From an uncultured Candidatus Binatia bacterium (GTDB lineage Bacteria; Desulfobacterota; Binatia; UBA9968; JAJDTQ01): a stretch of DNA of 64,000 nt. Positions 52,575 to 61,959 of the stretch are shown here, one piece after another (the first letter of the stretch is position 1; every line of letters starts with the position of its first letter). Position numbers and translations under genes: made by a program. Below the pieces are notes generated by a model that saw only the letters and a program-made list of their open reading frames with translations, did not search any database and was not told where the DNA came from. Location of the stretch: positions 2,464,001-2,528,000 of the forward strand of contig OZ244070.1 in the NCBI GenBank assembly GCA_965215605.1, written 5' to 3'.

Positions 52575-53114
52575 ATGAAATGCCCTTTCTGCCGCCAGTC
52601 CAATAACCACGTCATCGATTCCCGGCTCGGGAAAGACGGAGAGATGATCCGGCGGCGGCGGGAGTGCATCGCGTGCGCGCGCCGCTTCACCACCTACGAA
52701 CGCGTGGAGGAAGCCATGCCCATGGTGGTGAAGAAGGATGGACGCCGGGAGGCGTTCGACCGGCTCAAGATCATCAACGGCCTGAAGCGCGCCTGCCAGA
52801 AACGCCCCGTCAGCATGGACGCCATCGAGGCCATCGCCGACCGCATCGAGCGCGGGATCCAGGAGCGCGGAGAGAAGGAAATACCGGGCTCGATCGTCGG
52901 CGAGGCGGCGATGCGCGAGCTCCACGACACCGACCCGGTGGCCTACGTCCGATTCGCCTCGGTCTACCGTTCCTTCAAGGACCTCGATGAGTTCATGGTG
53001 GAGCTCGAGGACTTGCTCAACGAGCGCAAGCACCGGACCCCCGCCGAGCCTTCCCGGAAGGCGGGCAGCGCCCGCAAGAAGCGACGGAAACCCTTGCCCG
53101 CCAGCGGCACCTGA
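52575..53114 (+). CDS. nrdR: Transcriptional repressor NrdR
   Basis: [34 protein letters not shown]. Confidence 0.96.
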   Translation: MKCPFCRQSNNHVIDSRLGKDGEMIRRRRECIACARRFTTYERVEEAMPMVVKKDGRREAFDRLKIINGLKRACQKRPVSMDAIEAIADRIERGIQERGEKEIPGSIVGEAAMRELHDTDPVAYVRFASVYRSFKDLDEFMVELEDLLNERKHRTPAEPSRKAGSARKKRRKPLPASGT

Positions 53115-53143
53115 TCCGGCAGACCGCCGGCCCAAGACGCGCC

Positions 53144-54235
53144 ATGCCCCAGGAAACGGATGAGCGTTACATGCAGGTGGCCCTCAGGCTCGCGCGCCGG
53201 GCCGCCGGCAGGACCAGCCCGAACCCGATGGTGGGAGCGCTGGTGGTACGCGGCGGCCGCATCGTGGGACGCGGCCATCATGTCCGGGCCGGCGCCGATC
53301 ACGCGGAGGTGGCGGCGCTCCGCCAGGCGGGCGCGGCAGCCCGTGGCGCCACGCTCTATGTCAACCTGGAGCCCTGCAGTCACTTCGGGCGCACGCCTCC
53401 GTGCGCCGGCGCCGTCATCGAGGCCGGCGTACGGCGGGTGGTGGCGGGCATGGTGGACCCCAATCCGGCGGTGGCCGGCCGGGGCGTGAGCGCCCTCCGG
53501 GACGCCGGCATCGCGGTGGACCTGCCGGTCCGGGAGGACGACTGCCGGCGTTTGAACGAGGCCTTCGTCAAGCACGTCACCCGGGGACTCCCTTTCGTCA
53601 CGCTCAAGCTGGCCGCGTCGATGGACGGCCGGATCGCCACCGCCACCGGAGATTCCAGGTGGGTGACGGGTCCGGCCGCGCGGAAGTACGTCCATCGTTT
53701 GCGCAACGAGGTCGATGCCGTGCTGGTGGGCTCAGGGACGGTGCTGGCGGACGATCCGCAGCTCACCTGCCGGATCCCCGGAGGAAGGGACCCCTGGCGG
53801 GTGGTGCTGGACCGAAGGCTGCGGACGCCGGCCGCCGCGAAGCTCGTGCGGCATCCGCGGGCGGAGAACACGGTGCTGGTGACCGGCAACGATGTTCCGG
53901 CGGCGCGCCGGAAGCGGCTCGAGGACCTGGGCGTCCAGGTGTGGAGCTTCCCGCTGCGGCAGGGCCGTGTCTCCTTCAGGCGCGTGCTTCGAAAGCTGGC
54001 GCGCGCCGGGGTAATGAGCGTCATGATGGAGGGAGGCGCCGTGACCGCAAGCCGTGCCATCGCGGAGAAGGCCGTGGACAAGGTGCTGTGCTTCTACGCC
54101 CCGAAGCTCATCGGCGCCGAGGGCATGCCCATGGTAGGGGACCTCGGCATCACCCGGATGCGTCAAAGCCCACGGCTGGACCGCGCCGAGGTCCGGCGGT
54201 TGGGTGAGGACATCCTGGTTTCGGCGTATCTGTGA
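53144..54235 (+). CDS. ribD: Riboflavin biosynthesis deaminase/reductase
   Basis: PNPMVGA, HAEV, LEPCSHFGRTPPC, LKLAASMDG, DDPQLT, EGG. Confidence 0.95.
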   Translation: MPQETDERYMQVALRLARRAAGRTSPNPMVGALVVRGGRIVGRGHHVRAGADHAEVAALRQAGAAARGATLYVNLEPCSHFGRTPPCAGAVIEAGVRRVVAGMVDPNPAVAGRGVSALRDAGIAVDLPVREDDCRRLNEAFVKHVTRGLPFVTLKLAASMDGRIATATGDSRWVTGPAARKYVHRLRNEVDAVLVGSGTVLADDPQLTCRIPGGRDPWRVVLDRRLRTPAAAKLVRHPRAENTVLVTGNDVPAARRKRLEDLGVQVWSFPLRQGRVSFRRVLRKLARAGVMSVMMEGGAVTASRAIAEKAVDKVLCFYAPKLIGAEGMPMVGDLGITRMRQSPRLDRAEVRRLGEDILVSAYL

Positions 54236-54330
54236 GCACACTTCGCGCGTACGAAGTAACAGCCGAAACGAACATTTGCGGATAGTCCGGGCCGAGGCGC
54301 TGTGCCCGTAGCAGTGTAGTTCGCGCGTTC

Positions 54331-54780
54331 TCACGGTGCGAGCGGGTTCAACGTCGGAACTCCTTCAAGGCTCGCCGCCTCGCACAGGCGTGTATCCGCG
54401 CACACGAACGTCAGGGGGCCGGGCACGTCGTGACGGACCACCAGACAGCCGGCAAGTTGAAGTGCGTCATAGGCCCTGAGCGGGTGACGGTCGATCAACC
54501 GCGCGGCCTCTTCCATCACCGCCGAGGTTGAGGGCTGAAGGAGAAAGGACGTGGTCGCATCTTCTTCAATCTGTTTGAGAATGAGATCCGCGTCGGCGCC
54601 TTCAATGTCGCCCTCACGCTGTCGCCGACGGACCGCGGACCGTGACTCGATCAGGGTGATGTCGAGAACGACGATCTGAACGTCGTCGCGATTCGCCGTC
54701 AAGGTTGTGATTCGTGCTGTCCCTTCTTCCTCGATATACAGTTTGACCAGTGCGCTCGTGTCCAGATAAATGCTTGCCAT
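54331..54780 (-). CDS. PIN-domain VapC toxin
   Basis: IYLDTSALVKLYIEEEG, E.RSAVRRRQREG, LRAYDALQLA, FVCADTRL. Confidence 0.9.
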   Translation of the reverse strand: MASIYLDTSALVKLYIEEEGTARITTLTANRDDVQIVVLDITLIESRSAVRRRQREGDIEGADADLILKQIEEDATTSFLLQPSTSAVMEEAARLIDRHPLRAYDALQLAGCLVVRHDVPGPLTFVCADTRLCEAASLEGVPTLNPLAP

Positions 54781-54788
54781 TGGACCGG

Positions 54789-55439
54789 TCAGCGTCTGTC
54801 ACCGAGCACGGTATCGGCAATCGAACCGCCTCCGATTCGGATCGGTGTGAAGTGGTTTCCCGGGCTCGAGGCCGCCGATTGAAACAACGGATGCCTCCGG
54901 TTGACCCGTATTGCGGTCACCGGGTGGTGGGGCTGATTCGGATTCGGCACCTGGCTGGTCAGGATCAGACGCTGATCTGTTGCGTGACGCAATAGAGAGT
55001 AAAGCATGTCCGGACTGCGCGCCCATTTGTGTCCGCACCCGGGAAGGACCTGATCGCGAAACCATTTCAGGCCTACGAAGGGGCGCGTGCATTCGATTTT
55101 TTTGAGCTCATCGAGAAGCTGGCCCAAGGGCTCTTCGAAATCGAGGGGTAAGGTCGTCTTGACGGAATCCGGGGCGGCCATGTCTGCTCGGTGGTCCCCG
55201 TGACCGGGAGCCTCGACCGGGATGAACCGTATTACCACCTCGCAACGGTCCGGATCGAAGTAACTGCCCGCCGCGTCTTCCCGTACTTTCCTGCCGCCAT
55301 CAACGTTACGAATGATTACTTGAGGGTTGTGGTCACCGACCGGGAGATGCCTCAGGCCCTCCAGTGCGGGAGGCAGGCTTGCAGCTGTCAAGTTCGCCAA
55401 GCCTTCCTCTATTTCTCTCTGGATATGACTGATCTTCAT
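54789..55439 (-). CDS. Hypothetical 216-aa protein, probable atypical antitoxin
   Basis: Ends 8 nt before the PIN gene; AGAGGA RBS; C-terminal FTPIRIGGGSIADTVLGDRR resembles VapB-type tails. Confidence 0.65.
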   Translation of the reverse strand: MKISHIQREIEEGLANLTAASLPPALEGLRHLPVGDHNPQVIIRNVDGGRKVREDAAGSYFDPDRCEVVIRFIPVEAPGHGDHRADMAAPDSVKTTLPLDFEEPLGQLLDELKKIECTRPFVGLKWFRDQVLPGCGHKWARSPDMLYSLLRHATDQRLILTSQVPNPNQPHHPVTAIRVNRRHPLFQSAASSPGNHFTPIRIGGGSIADTVLGDRR

Positions 55440-55450
55440 ATGGCAATCCT

Positions 55451-55502
55451 CTATTATTTAAATATCAAACTGATAATATCTAAATATTAGATAGATATCA
55501 AT
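55451..55502. promoter_or_regulatory. AT-rich promoter/operator region of the second TA module
   Basis: Strongly AT-rich patch in a GC-rich window, with inverted repeats TATCA-aac-TGATA (55463-55475) and TATCTAA-ata-TTAGATA (55477-55493). Confidence 0.55.
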
Positions 55503-55526
55503 ACACACCCTCGTAAACCCATGCCT

Positions 55527-55555
55527 TTGACAAAGGACACAATATTCAGGACACT
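55527..55555 (+). promoter_or_regulatory. Possible sigma70 promoter for ribE-ribBA-ribH-nusB
   Basis: Perfect TTGACA at 55527-55532, 17-nt spacer, weak -10 GACACT. Confidence 0.35.
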
Positions 55556-55670
55556 CTGGTTGACTCGATCAAGGATGGCGTGTCGCAGTTCGACCGCCAG
55601 TCCGGAATCTGGTAAGCGTGTCCTGACGGTATGGCGAATCCGCCGCTGTCCCTCGCAAGACTCATCAACC

Positions 55671-56282
55671 ATGTTCACGGGACTCATCGAAGACGTCGGT
55701 AAGGTCTCCCGCTGGAGCGGCGGCGCGGAGGGGGGAGAGCTCGTCTTCGAGACCGCGCTTCCGGCGCGGGAAGCCTCGTTGGGCGACAGCATCGCGGTGA
55801 ACGGGTGCTGCCTGACCGTGGTCAGGAAGGCCGGACGGCGGCTGGCCGTGGACGTCTCGCCGGAGACCCTGCGGCGGACGAACCTCGGGGACCTGCGTGA
55901 CGGTCACGGCGTCAATCTGGAGCGGCCCCTGAGGGTCGGTGACCGGCTGGGGGGTCATTGGGTCACCGGGCACGTCGACGCGGTCGGGCAGATCACCCGC
56001 GTCGATCCGAGCGGCGACTTCACCTTCTTCCGTTTCCGTACCCCCGTCTCGGTGGGCCGCCTGCTGGTGCCCAAGGGCTCCATCGCGGTGGACGGCATCA
56101 GCCTGACCGTGAACGAGTGCACGTCACGCTCCTTCTCGGTTGCGATCATACCGTTCACGCTGGCGCACACGAATTTGCAGACCCGTGGTGTTGGTGATAG
56201 AGTCAACCTCGAAGCCGACATCATCGGAAAGTACGTCCTCCAGTCCGCAACGGCCTATCGCACGGGCACGCCGGACGCGTAG
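55671..56282 (+). CDS. ribE: Riboflavin synthase (alpha chain)
   Basis: MFTGLIE, GDSIAVNGCCLTV, VNLER, GGHWVTGHVD, KGSIAVDGISLTVN. Confidence 0.95.
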   Translation: MFTGLIEDVGKVSRWSGGAEGGELVFETALPAREASLGDSIAVNGCCLTVVRKAGRRLAVDVSPETLRRTNLGDLRDGHGVNLERPLRVGDRLGGHWVTGHVDAVGQITRVDPSGDFTFFRFRTPVSVGRLLVPKGSIAVDGISLTVNECTSRSFSVAIIPFTLAHTNLQTRGVGDRVNLEADIIGKYVLQSATAYRTGTPDA

Positions 56283-56304
56283 GGGCGGGGGTTCCAAGCC
56301 CGCC
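56279..56304 (+). repeat. GTAG-type REP-like palindrome, copy 3
   Basis: GTAGGGGCGGGGTTCCAAGCCCGCCC; its TAG is the ribE stop codon. Confidence 0.65.
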
Positions 56305-56347
56305 CGCGTGGCGAGAACGAGTTGCCCGGTCGAGCAATCCCCAAGCC

Positions 56348-57568
56348 ATGTCACTCACGTCCATCGAAACCATCCGGGAAGAACTCCTCAAGGGCCGCCC
56401 GATCCTGCTGCTGGACGAAGAGGGCGGCCACGGCGTGGGCCACGTCTGCATGCCGGCGGAGAAAGCGACTCCGGAGCACGTCAACCTGATGCTGCGTCAT
56501 GCCCGAGGCGTGCCGTATCTGGTGCTGGAAGCGGCGCGCATGCAGCAGCTCGGTTTCCACGTGGACGCAGGGTCGAATTTCCTTCCGGGACAGGATCCGG
56601 TCGGTGCTCCGGTGGGCGCCAACTCCTCCCTGGGGCTGGAGGTCTCGGCCGCCGGCCGCGCCCACACCATCCGGGCCGCTGCCCGGGACGACGCCGAGCC
56701 CGGGGACTTCGTGACCCCCGGCAACGTGTTGCCGCTCCAGGCCGGCACCGGGGGCGTGCTGGTCAAGGCAGGCGCGGCCGAGGCGGCGGTGGATCTGGCG
56801 GCGCTCTGCGGATTGCCGGCCGTCGCGGTGATCTGCCAGGTCCTGAACGATGACGGCTCCATCGCGACGGGGGAGGTGCTCAATGCCTTTGCCGGCCGGC
56901 ACGATCTCCGGATGGTGTCCATCGTGGACCTCATCGCCCACCGTCTCCGCAACGAAGCCACGATCCGAAAGGTCTGGGAGGAGGACTTTCCGAGCATTCA
57001 CGGCAAGTCTTTCAAGGCGATTCTCTACCGGACGAACCTCGACCCGTTCGAGCATATGGCCTTGGTGAAGGGCGAGGTGAACGGCCGCGACGACGTGGTG
57101 GTGCGGGTGCATTCGGAATGTCTCACCGGAGACGTGTTCTCGTCGGAACGCTGTGACTGCGGCGACCAGTTGCGCGCTGCCATCCGCATCATCGACCAGG
57201 AAGAGTGCGGCGTCATCGTGTACATGCACCAGGAGGGCCGCGGCATCGGCCTCACCAACAAGATCAAGGCGTACGCGCTGCAGGACCAGGGACGCGACAC
57301 GGCGGAGGCGAACCTGGAGTTGGGGTTCGACGTGGACCTGAGGGACTATGGGGTCGCGGCGGAGATACTGCGCCATCTCGGCATTCAGCGGCTTCGCCTG
57401 TTGACCAACAATCCGCGCAAGATCGTCAGCCTGGAAGGCTACGGCCTGTCGGTGAGCCACAGGATCCCTCTGGAGATCAAGCCTCACGACGGCAATGCCG
57501 GCTACCTGCAGACGAAGCGCGACAAGCTCGGGCATCTCCTGACCCACGTCGAGGACGAGCCACGCTAA
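56348..57568 (+). CDS. ribA: RibBA-type protein: GTP cyclohydrolase II with degenerate DHBP-synthase domain
   Basis: C-terminal [40 protein letters not shown] intact; the N-terminal RibB-like region lacks the usual catalytic motifs. Confidence 0.88.
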   Translation: MSLTSIETIREELLKGRPILLLDEEGGHGVGHVCMPAEKATPEHVNLMLRHARGVPYLVLEAARMQQLGFHVDAGSNFLPGQDPVGAPVGANSSLGLEVSAAGRAHTIRAAARDDAEPGDFVTPGNVLPLQAGTGGVLVKAGAAEAAVDLAALCGLPAVAVICQVLNDDGSIATGEVLNAFAGRHDLRMVSIVDLIAHRLRNEATIRKVWEEDFPSIHGKSFKAILYRTNLDPFEHMALVKGEVNGRDDVVVRVHSECLTGDVFSSERCDCGDQLRAAIRIIDQEECGVIVYMHQEGRGIGLTNKIKAYALQDQGRDTAEANLELGFDVDLRDYGVAAEILRHLGIQRLRLLTNNPRKIVSLEGYGLSVSHRIPLEIKPHDGNAGYLQTKRDKLGHLLTHVEDEPR

Positions 57569-57587
57569 CCCACTGAAGGTGCCGGCC

Positions 57588-58055
57588 ATGGGAGTGATCG
57601 AAGGGAAACTGGATGCCGCCGCGATGAAGTTCGGGATCATCGCCAGCCGGTTCAACGGCTTCATTACGGAACGGCTGCTGGACGGCGCCCTGAGCGCCTT
57701 GAGGCGGCACGGCGCCGACACGGGAGAGGATGTGGATGTGGTATGGGTCCCGGGCGCCTTCGAGATATCCTTCTGCGCCCACAAGATGGCGGCCAGCGGC
57801 AAGTACGACGCGTTGATTTGCGTGGGGGCGGTCATTCGCGGCGAAACGGCCCATTTCGACTACATCTGCGGCGAGGCGTCCCGGGGCGTGGGCAATGCCA
57901 TGAATCAGCACGGTGTTCCCATCGCCTTCGGCTTGCTGACCACCAATACGGTGGAGCAGGCCGTGGACCGGGCCGGGGCGAAGATGGGCAACAAGGGTTT
58001 CGAGGCTGCCGTGACGGCCATTGAAATGGCGAGCTTGAACAGACAGCTCTCCTGA
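57588..58055 (+). CDS. ribH: 6,7-dimethyl-8-ribityllumazine synthase
   Basis: [36 protein letters not shown]. Confidence 0.96.
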   Translation: MGVIEGKLDAAAMKFGIIASRFNGFITERLLDGALSALRRHGADTGEDVDVVWVPGAFEISFCAHKMAASGKYDALICVGAVIRGETAHFDYICGEASRGVGNAMNQHGVPIAFGLLTTNTVEQAVDRAGAKMGNKGFEAAVTAIEMASLNRQLS

Positions 58056-58088
58056 GCTTCTCCGCTACCGTTCAACGGTTTCAAGTCC

Positions 58089-58523
58089 ATGGAGGGTGTC
58101 CGTCGCAGGGCTAGGGAGCTGGCGTTGCAGGTGCTCTATCAGATGGAGATCACCGGCGATCCCTCGCCCACCGGTCCGGACAGCTTTTGGGGCCACTTCC
58201 CGTCCCGCCCGGCAACGAGGGATTTCGCCCAGCGTCTGGTGGCCGGCACGGTGGAGCATCGGTCGGAGATCGACGGGCTCCTTGAGAACGCGGCCGAGAA
58301 CTGGAAGCTCGGCCGCATGCCAAAGGTGGATCTGGTCATCCTTCGGCTCGCCACCTACGAATTGGTCTTTTGCCCGGACATCCCGTTGAGCGTGAGCATC
58401 GACGAAGCCATCGAGATCGGCAACCGCTACGGGTCCGACGATTCCCCGACCTTCATCAACGGAGTGCTCGACCAGGTAGCGCGCGCCAACGGACTCAAGG
58501 AGAGTGAGCGGTCGGAGCCATGA
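58089..58523 (+). CDS. nusB: Transcription antitermination factor NusB
   Basis: [43 protein letters not shown]. Confidence 0.95.
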   Translation: MEGVRRRARELALQVLYQMEITGDPSPTGPDSFWGHFPSRPATRDFAQRLVAGTVEHRSEIDGLLENAAENWKLGRMPKVDLVILRLATYELVFCPDIPLSVSIDEAIEIGNRYGSDDSPTFINGVLDQVARANGLKESERSEP

Positions 58524-61009
58524 TCGAGAAATACGAGTTCTGGAATATCGAAGAGAGATGGCAGAGCGAGTGGGAACGGCTCGAGAGCTTCCGGGCCGGC
58601 GAGGACTCCGAGCTTCCCAAGTACTATCTGCTGGAGATGTTCCCGTATCCGTCGGGCCGCATCCACATGGGGCACGTCCGGAACTATTCCATCGGCGACG
58701 TGATCGCGCGCTACAAGCGCATGCGCGGGTTCAACGTGCTCCATCCCATGGGCTGGGACGCCTTCGGGCTGCCGGCGGAGAACGCCGCCATCGCCAACAA
58801 GGTCCATCCGGCGCGCTGGACCGTGGAGAACATCGACTACATGCGGGCCCAGCTCAAGAAGATGGGCTTCAGTTACGACTGGGCGCGTGAGCTGGCCACC
58901 TCCGACGCGAGCTACTATCGCTGGGAGCAGTTGTTCTTCCTGGAGATGCTCGAACGCGGCCTGGCGTACAAGAAGAGCTCGGCGGTCAACTGGTGCGGCG
59001 GCTGTCAGACCGTGCTGGCCAACGAGCAGGTGGTGGACGGTTCCTGCTGGCGCTGCGAGCAGGAAGTCCTCATGCGCGAGCTGCCGCAATGGTTCTTCCG
59101 GATCACGGCCTACGCGGAGGATCTGCTGGCGGGGTGTGACGAGCTCGAGGGGTGGCCCGACAAGGTGCTCACCATGCAGCGCAACTGGATCGGCAAGTCC
59201 ATCGGCGCCGAGATCCGCTTTCCTCTGGTGGACCGGGAGGGCGACCTCACGGTCTTTACCACCCGCCAGGACACGATCTACGGCGCCACCTTCGTCTCCT
59301 TGGCCGCCGAGCATCCCATGGCGTTGGAGCTCTCCCAAGGCACGCCGCAGCAACAGGCGGTGGAAGACTTCGCCCGGAGGGTGAAGCGCATCAGCCATTC
59401 CCGGCGCGGCGACGTGGACACGGAGAAGGAAGGGATCTTCACCGGGTCGTACTGCGTCAATCCGTTCACCGATGAAAGGGTCCCCATCTACGTGGCCAAC
59501 TTCGTGCTCATGGAGTACGGCACCGGCGCGGTCATGGCGGTTCCCGCCCATGACCAGAGGGACTTCGAGTTCGCCAGGAAGTACGACCTTCCGGTGCGTC
59601 CGGTGATCCACCCGCGCGGCGTCACGCTGGTGGCCGAGGAGATGACCGAGGCGTACGTCGCGGACGGGGTGATGGCCGACAGCGGCCGCTTCAGCGGCCT
59701 GAGCAGCGAAGAAGGCCGGAGCCGTATCGCGGCCTTCCTGGAGGAGCGGGACTGGGGCAAGGGCACGGTCCGCTACCGGCTGCGGGACTGGGGCATCTCC
59801 CGCCAGCGTTACTGGGGCGCGCCCATCCCGGTGGTCTATTGTGACGACTGCGACATGGTGCCGGTGCCGCGGGACGAGTTGCCGGTGCGGCTGCCCACCA
59901 ACGTGGCGTTGACCGGAGCGGGCGGCTCGCCGCTGGCCAACCTCCCGGAGTTTCACGAGACCGCCTGTCCCAGGTGCGGGAAGCCGGCCCGCCGCGAGAC
60001 CGACACCATGGACACGTTCGTGGAGTCCTCGTGGTATTTCGCGCGCTACGCCTGTCCCGACGAGGGCGACGAGCCGCTGGACCGGGACCGCGCCGCCTAC
60101 TGGATGGCCGTGGACCAGTACGTGGGCGGCGTCGAGCACGCGGTGCTGCACCTGCTCTACGCCCGCTTCTTTACGCGCGTCCTTCGAGACATGGGCTGGT
60201 TGTCCGTCACCGAGCCGTTCACCAATCTCCTGACCCAGGGCATGGTGATCAAGGACGGGGCCAAGATGTCCAAGTCGAAGATGAACGTGGTGGATCCGGA
60301 CGAGTTGATCCATCGCTACGGCGCGGACACGGCGCGGCTGTTCACGCTGTTCGCGGCGCCGCCGGAGAAGGACCTGGACTGGAGCGATCAGGGAGTCGAG
60401 GGCGCCCACCGGTTCCTGAACCGGGTGTGGCGTTTCGCCATGGGCCACCGCGAGCGTCTGGCCGGAGTCGCCGCGGACTCGAGCCGCGAGCCGGCCTCGG
60501 AGGCGCTCAAGGAGCTGCGCCGACGCATCCACTGGACCATCAAGAAGGTCACGGACGACATCGAGCAGCGGTTCCACTTCAACACCGCCATCGCCGCCAT
60601 CATGGAGTTGCACAACACCCTGGGCGCGGTGAGCGCCGAGGATCTCGACGGCGAGGGCGGGGCCGCGCTGGCCAAGGCCGCCCTGGAAACCGAGATCGTG
60701 CTGCTGGCGCCGTTCGTGCCGCACATCGCCAGCGAGCTGTGGCGGCGCCTCGGGCACGACGAAGACCTGGCCGCCGTGAGTTGGCCCGAGCATTCGGAAG
60801 CGGCGCTGGTCCAGGAGAGCCGTCTCATCGTCGTGCAGGTCAACGGGAAGCTGCGCGGAAAGGTTTCGGTTCCGGCGGACGCCGGCGAAGAGCACGTCGA
60901 GTCTACCGCGTTGGCCGATCCGCGGGTCGCAGGTTTCATCGACGGCCGTCCGGTCCGGCGAGTGGTGCAGGTGCCCGGCCGGCTCGTCAACATTGTGCTG
61001 GAGGGGTGA
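58520..61009 (+). CDS. leuS: Leucine--tRNA ligase
   Basis: [54 protein letters not shown]. Confidence 0.97.
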   Translation: MIEKYEFWNIEERWQSEWERLESFRAGEDSELPKYYLLEMFPYPSGRIHMGHVRNYSIGDVIARYKRMRGFNVLHPMGWDAFGLPAENAAIANKVHPARWTVENIDYMRAQLKKMGFSYDWARELATSDASYYRWEQLFFLEMLERGLAYKKSSAVNWCGGCQTVLANEQVVDGSCWRCEQEVLMRELPQWFFRITAYAEDLLAGCDELEGWPDKVLTMQRNWIGKSIGAEIRFPLVDREGDLTVFTTRQDTIYGATFVSLAAEHPMALELSQGTPQQQAVEDFARRVKRISHSRRGDVDTEKEGIFTGSYCVNPFTDERVPIYVANFVLMEYGTGAVMAVPAHDQRDFEFARKYDLPVRPVIHPRGVTLVAEEMTEAYVADGVMADSGRFSGLSSEEGRSRIAAFLEERDWGKGTVRYRLRDWGISRQRYWGAPIPVVYCDDCDMVPVPRDELPVRLPTNVALTGAGGSPLANLPEFHETACPRCGKPARRETDTMDTFVESSWYFARYACPDEGDEPLDRDRAAYWMAVDQYVGGVEHAVLHLLYARFFTRVLRDMGWLSVTEPFTNLLTQGMVIKDGAKMSKSKMNVVDPDELIHRYGADTARLFTLFAAPPEKDLDWSDQGVEGAHRFLNRVWRFAMGHRERLAGVAADSSREPASEALKELRRRIHWTIKKVTDDIEQRFHFNTAIAAIMELHNTLGAVSAEDLDGEGGAALAKAALETEIVLLAPFVPHIASELWRRLGHDEDLAAVSWPEHSEAALVQESRLIVVQVNGKLRGKVSVPADAGEEHVESTALADPRVAGFIDGRPVRRVVQVPGRLVNIVLEG

Positions 61010-61011
61010 CG

Positions 61012-61611
61012 ATGAACTGGCCAAGCCCACTGCCGGTGGTACTCTCGCTGGTCCTCGCGCTGCTGGCGGGCGCGTGTGGCTATGGGTTCGTGGACTCCGG
61101 CGCCGGCCTCCCGGACGACGTCCGCACGGTCCATGTCGAGCCGTTCATCAACCGGACCCGCGCGGTGGGACTGGAGGACGGCCTCGCGCTGGCGCTGCGC
61201 CGCGAGTTGAGGCGGCAGGAGTCGCCGCGGGTGGTGGAGCGGTTCGAGGAAGCCGATGTGGTTCTCTCGGGGGTCATCCGGCACTACGGCATCACCAACA
61301 TCGCGGTCAACCCTTCGGACGAGGTGCTGCAACTGGAGGTCCGGCTCGACGTGGAGGCCACCCTCCGGCGCCGCCAATCGCGGGAAGCGCTGTGGCCGCG
61401 GCAGGTCATGAAGCTCCGGGAGGTGTACCCCGCGGCAAGGGGGGCGGTGGTCCCCAGTTCTTCCGGCTTTCGCCGTGATACGCTGAACGTCGAGGATGTG
61501 CGCCGGCTGACGGATGCCCGACTGGCGGAAGACTCCCGCGCGGGAGCGAGGAACAGGCTGCTCGAGCAGTTCGCCCGGTTGGTGCGGGAGCGGATGGCGG
61601 AAGGATTCTGA
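61012..61611 (+). CDS. lptE: LptE-family LPS assembly lipoprotein
   Basis: Lipobox LAGACGY, VHVEPFINRT; position directly after leuS. Confidence 0.8.
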   Translation: MNWPSPLPVVLSLVLALLAGACGYGFVDSGAGLPDDVRTVHVEPFINRTRAVGLEDGLALALRRELRRQESPRVVERFEEADVVLSGVIRHYGITNIAVNPSDEVLQLEVRLDVEATLRRRQSREALWPRQVMKLREVYPAARGAVVPSSSGFRRDTLNVEDVRRLTDARLAEDSRAGARNRLLEQFARLVRERMAEGF

Positions 61612-61624
61612 CGGCCCGCGGCGC

Positions 61625-61924
61625 CTATGCCTCGGTGCCGGCAGGCTCGGCTTGGGCAGGCGTCGTGGCGCCATGCGCGGCCCGGGCCAGACGGGACAGC
61701 TTTCTTGATGCGGTGTTGCGCTTGAGGACGCCCTTGGCGACGGCCTTGTCCAGCAGCCCGTTGACTTCCCGGATCTTCTCCGCGATGGTTTCCTGGTCTT
61801 TGGTTTCGATGGCGGCCCGTACCTTCTTGACCAGGGTCCTGACCCTGGTCTGGAGGGATTGATTGCGCTGGTGGCGCCGGATGCTTTGCTGGTGCCGCTT
61901 GATGGCCGATTTATGGTTCGCCAA
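61625..61924 (-). CDS. rpsT: 30S ribosomal protein S20
   Basis: TTG start after AGGAGG; ANHKSAIKR...LDKAVAKGVLKRNTASRKLSRL. Confidence 0.95.
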   Translation of the reverse strand: MANHKSAIKRHQQSIRRHQRNQSLQTRVRTLVKKVRAAIETKDQETIAEKIREVNGLLDKAVAKGVLKRNTASRKLSRLARAAHGATTPAQAEPAGTEA

Positions 61925-61959
61925 ATTGTACCTCCTGAAGTGCTGATTTGTAACACCGC

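Noticed and set aside
55546-55626. tRNA gene or FMN riboswitch
   Set aside because: Cloverleaf-like pairing, but no correctly placed T-loop, 7-nt anticodon loop or CCA end, and no RFN consensus.
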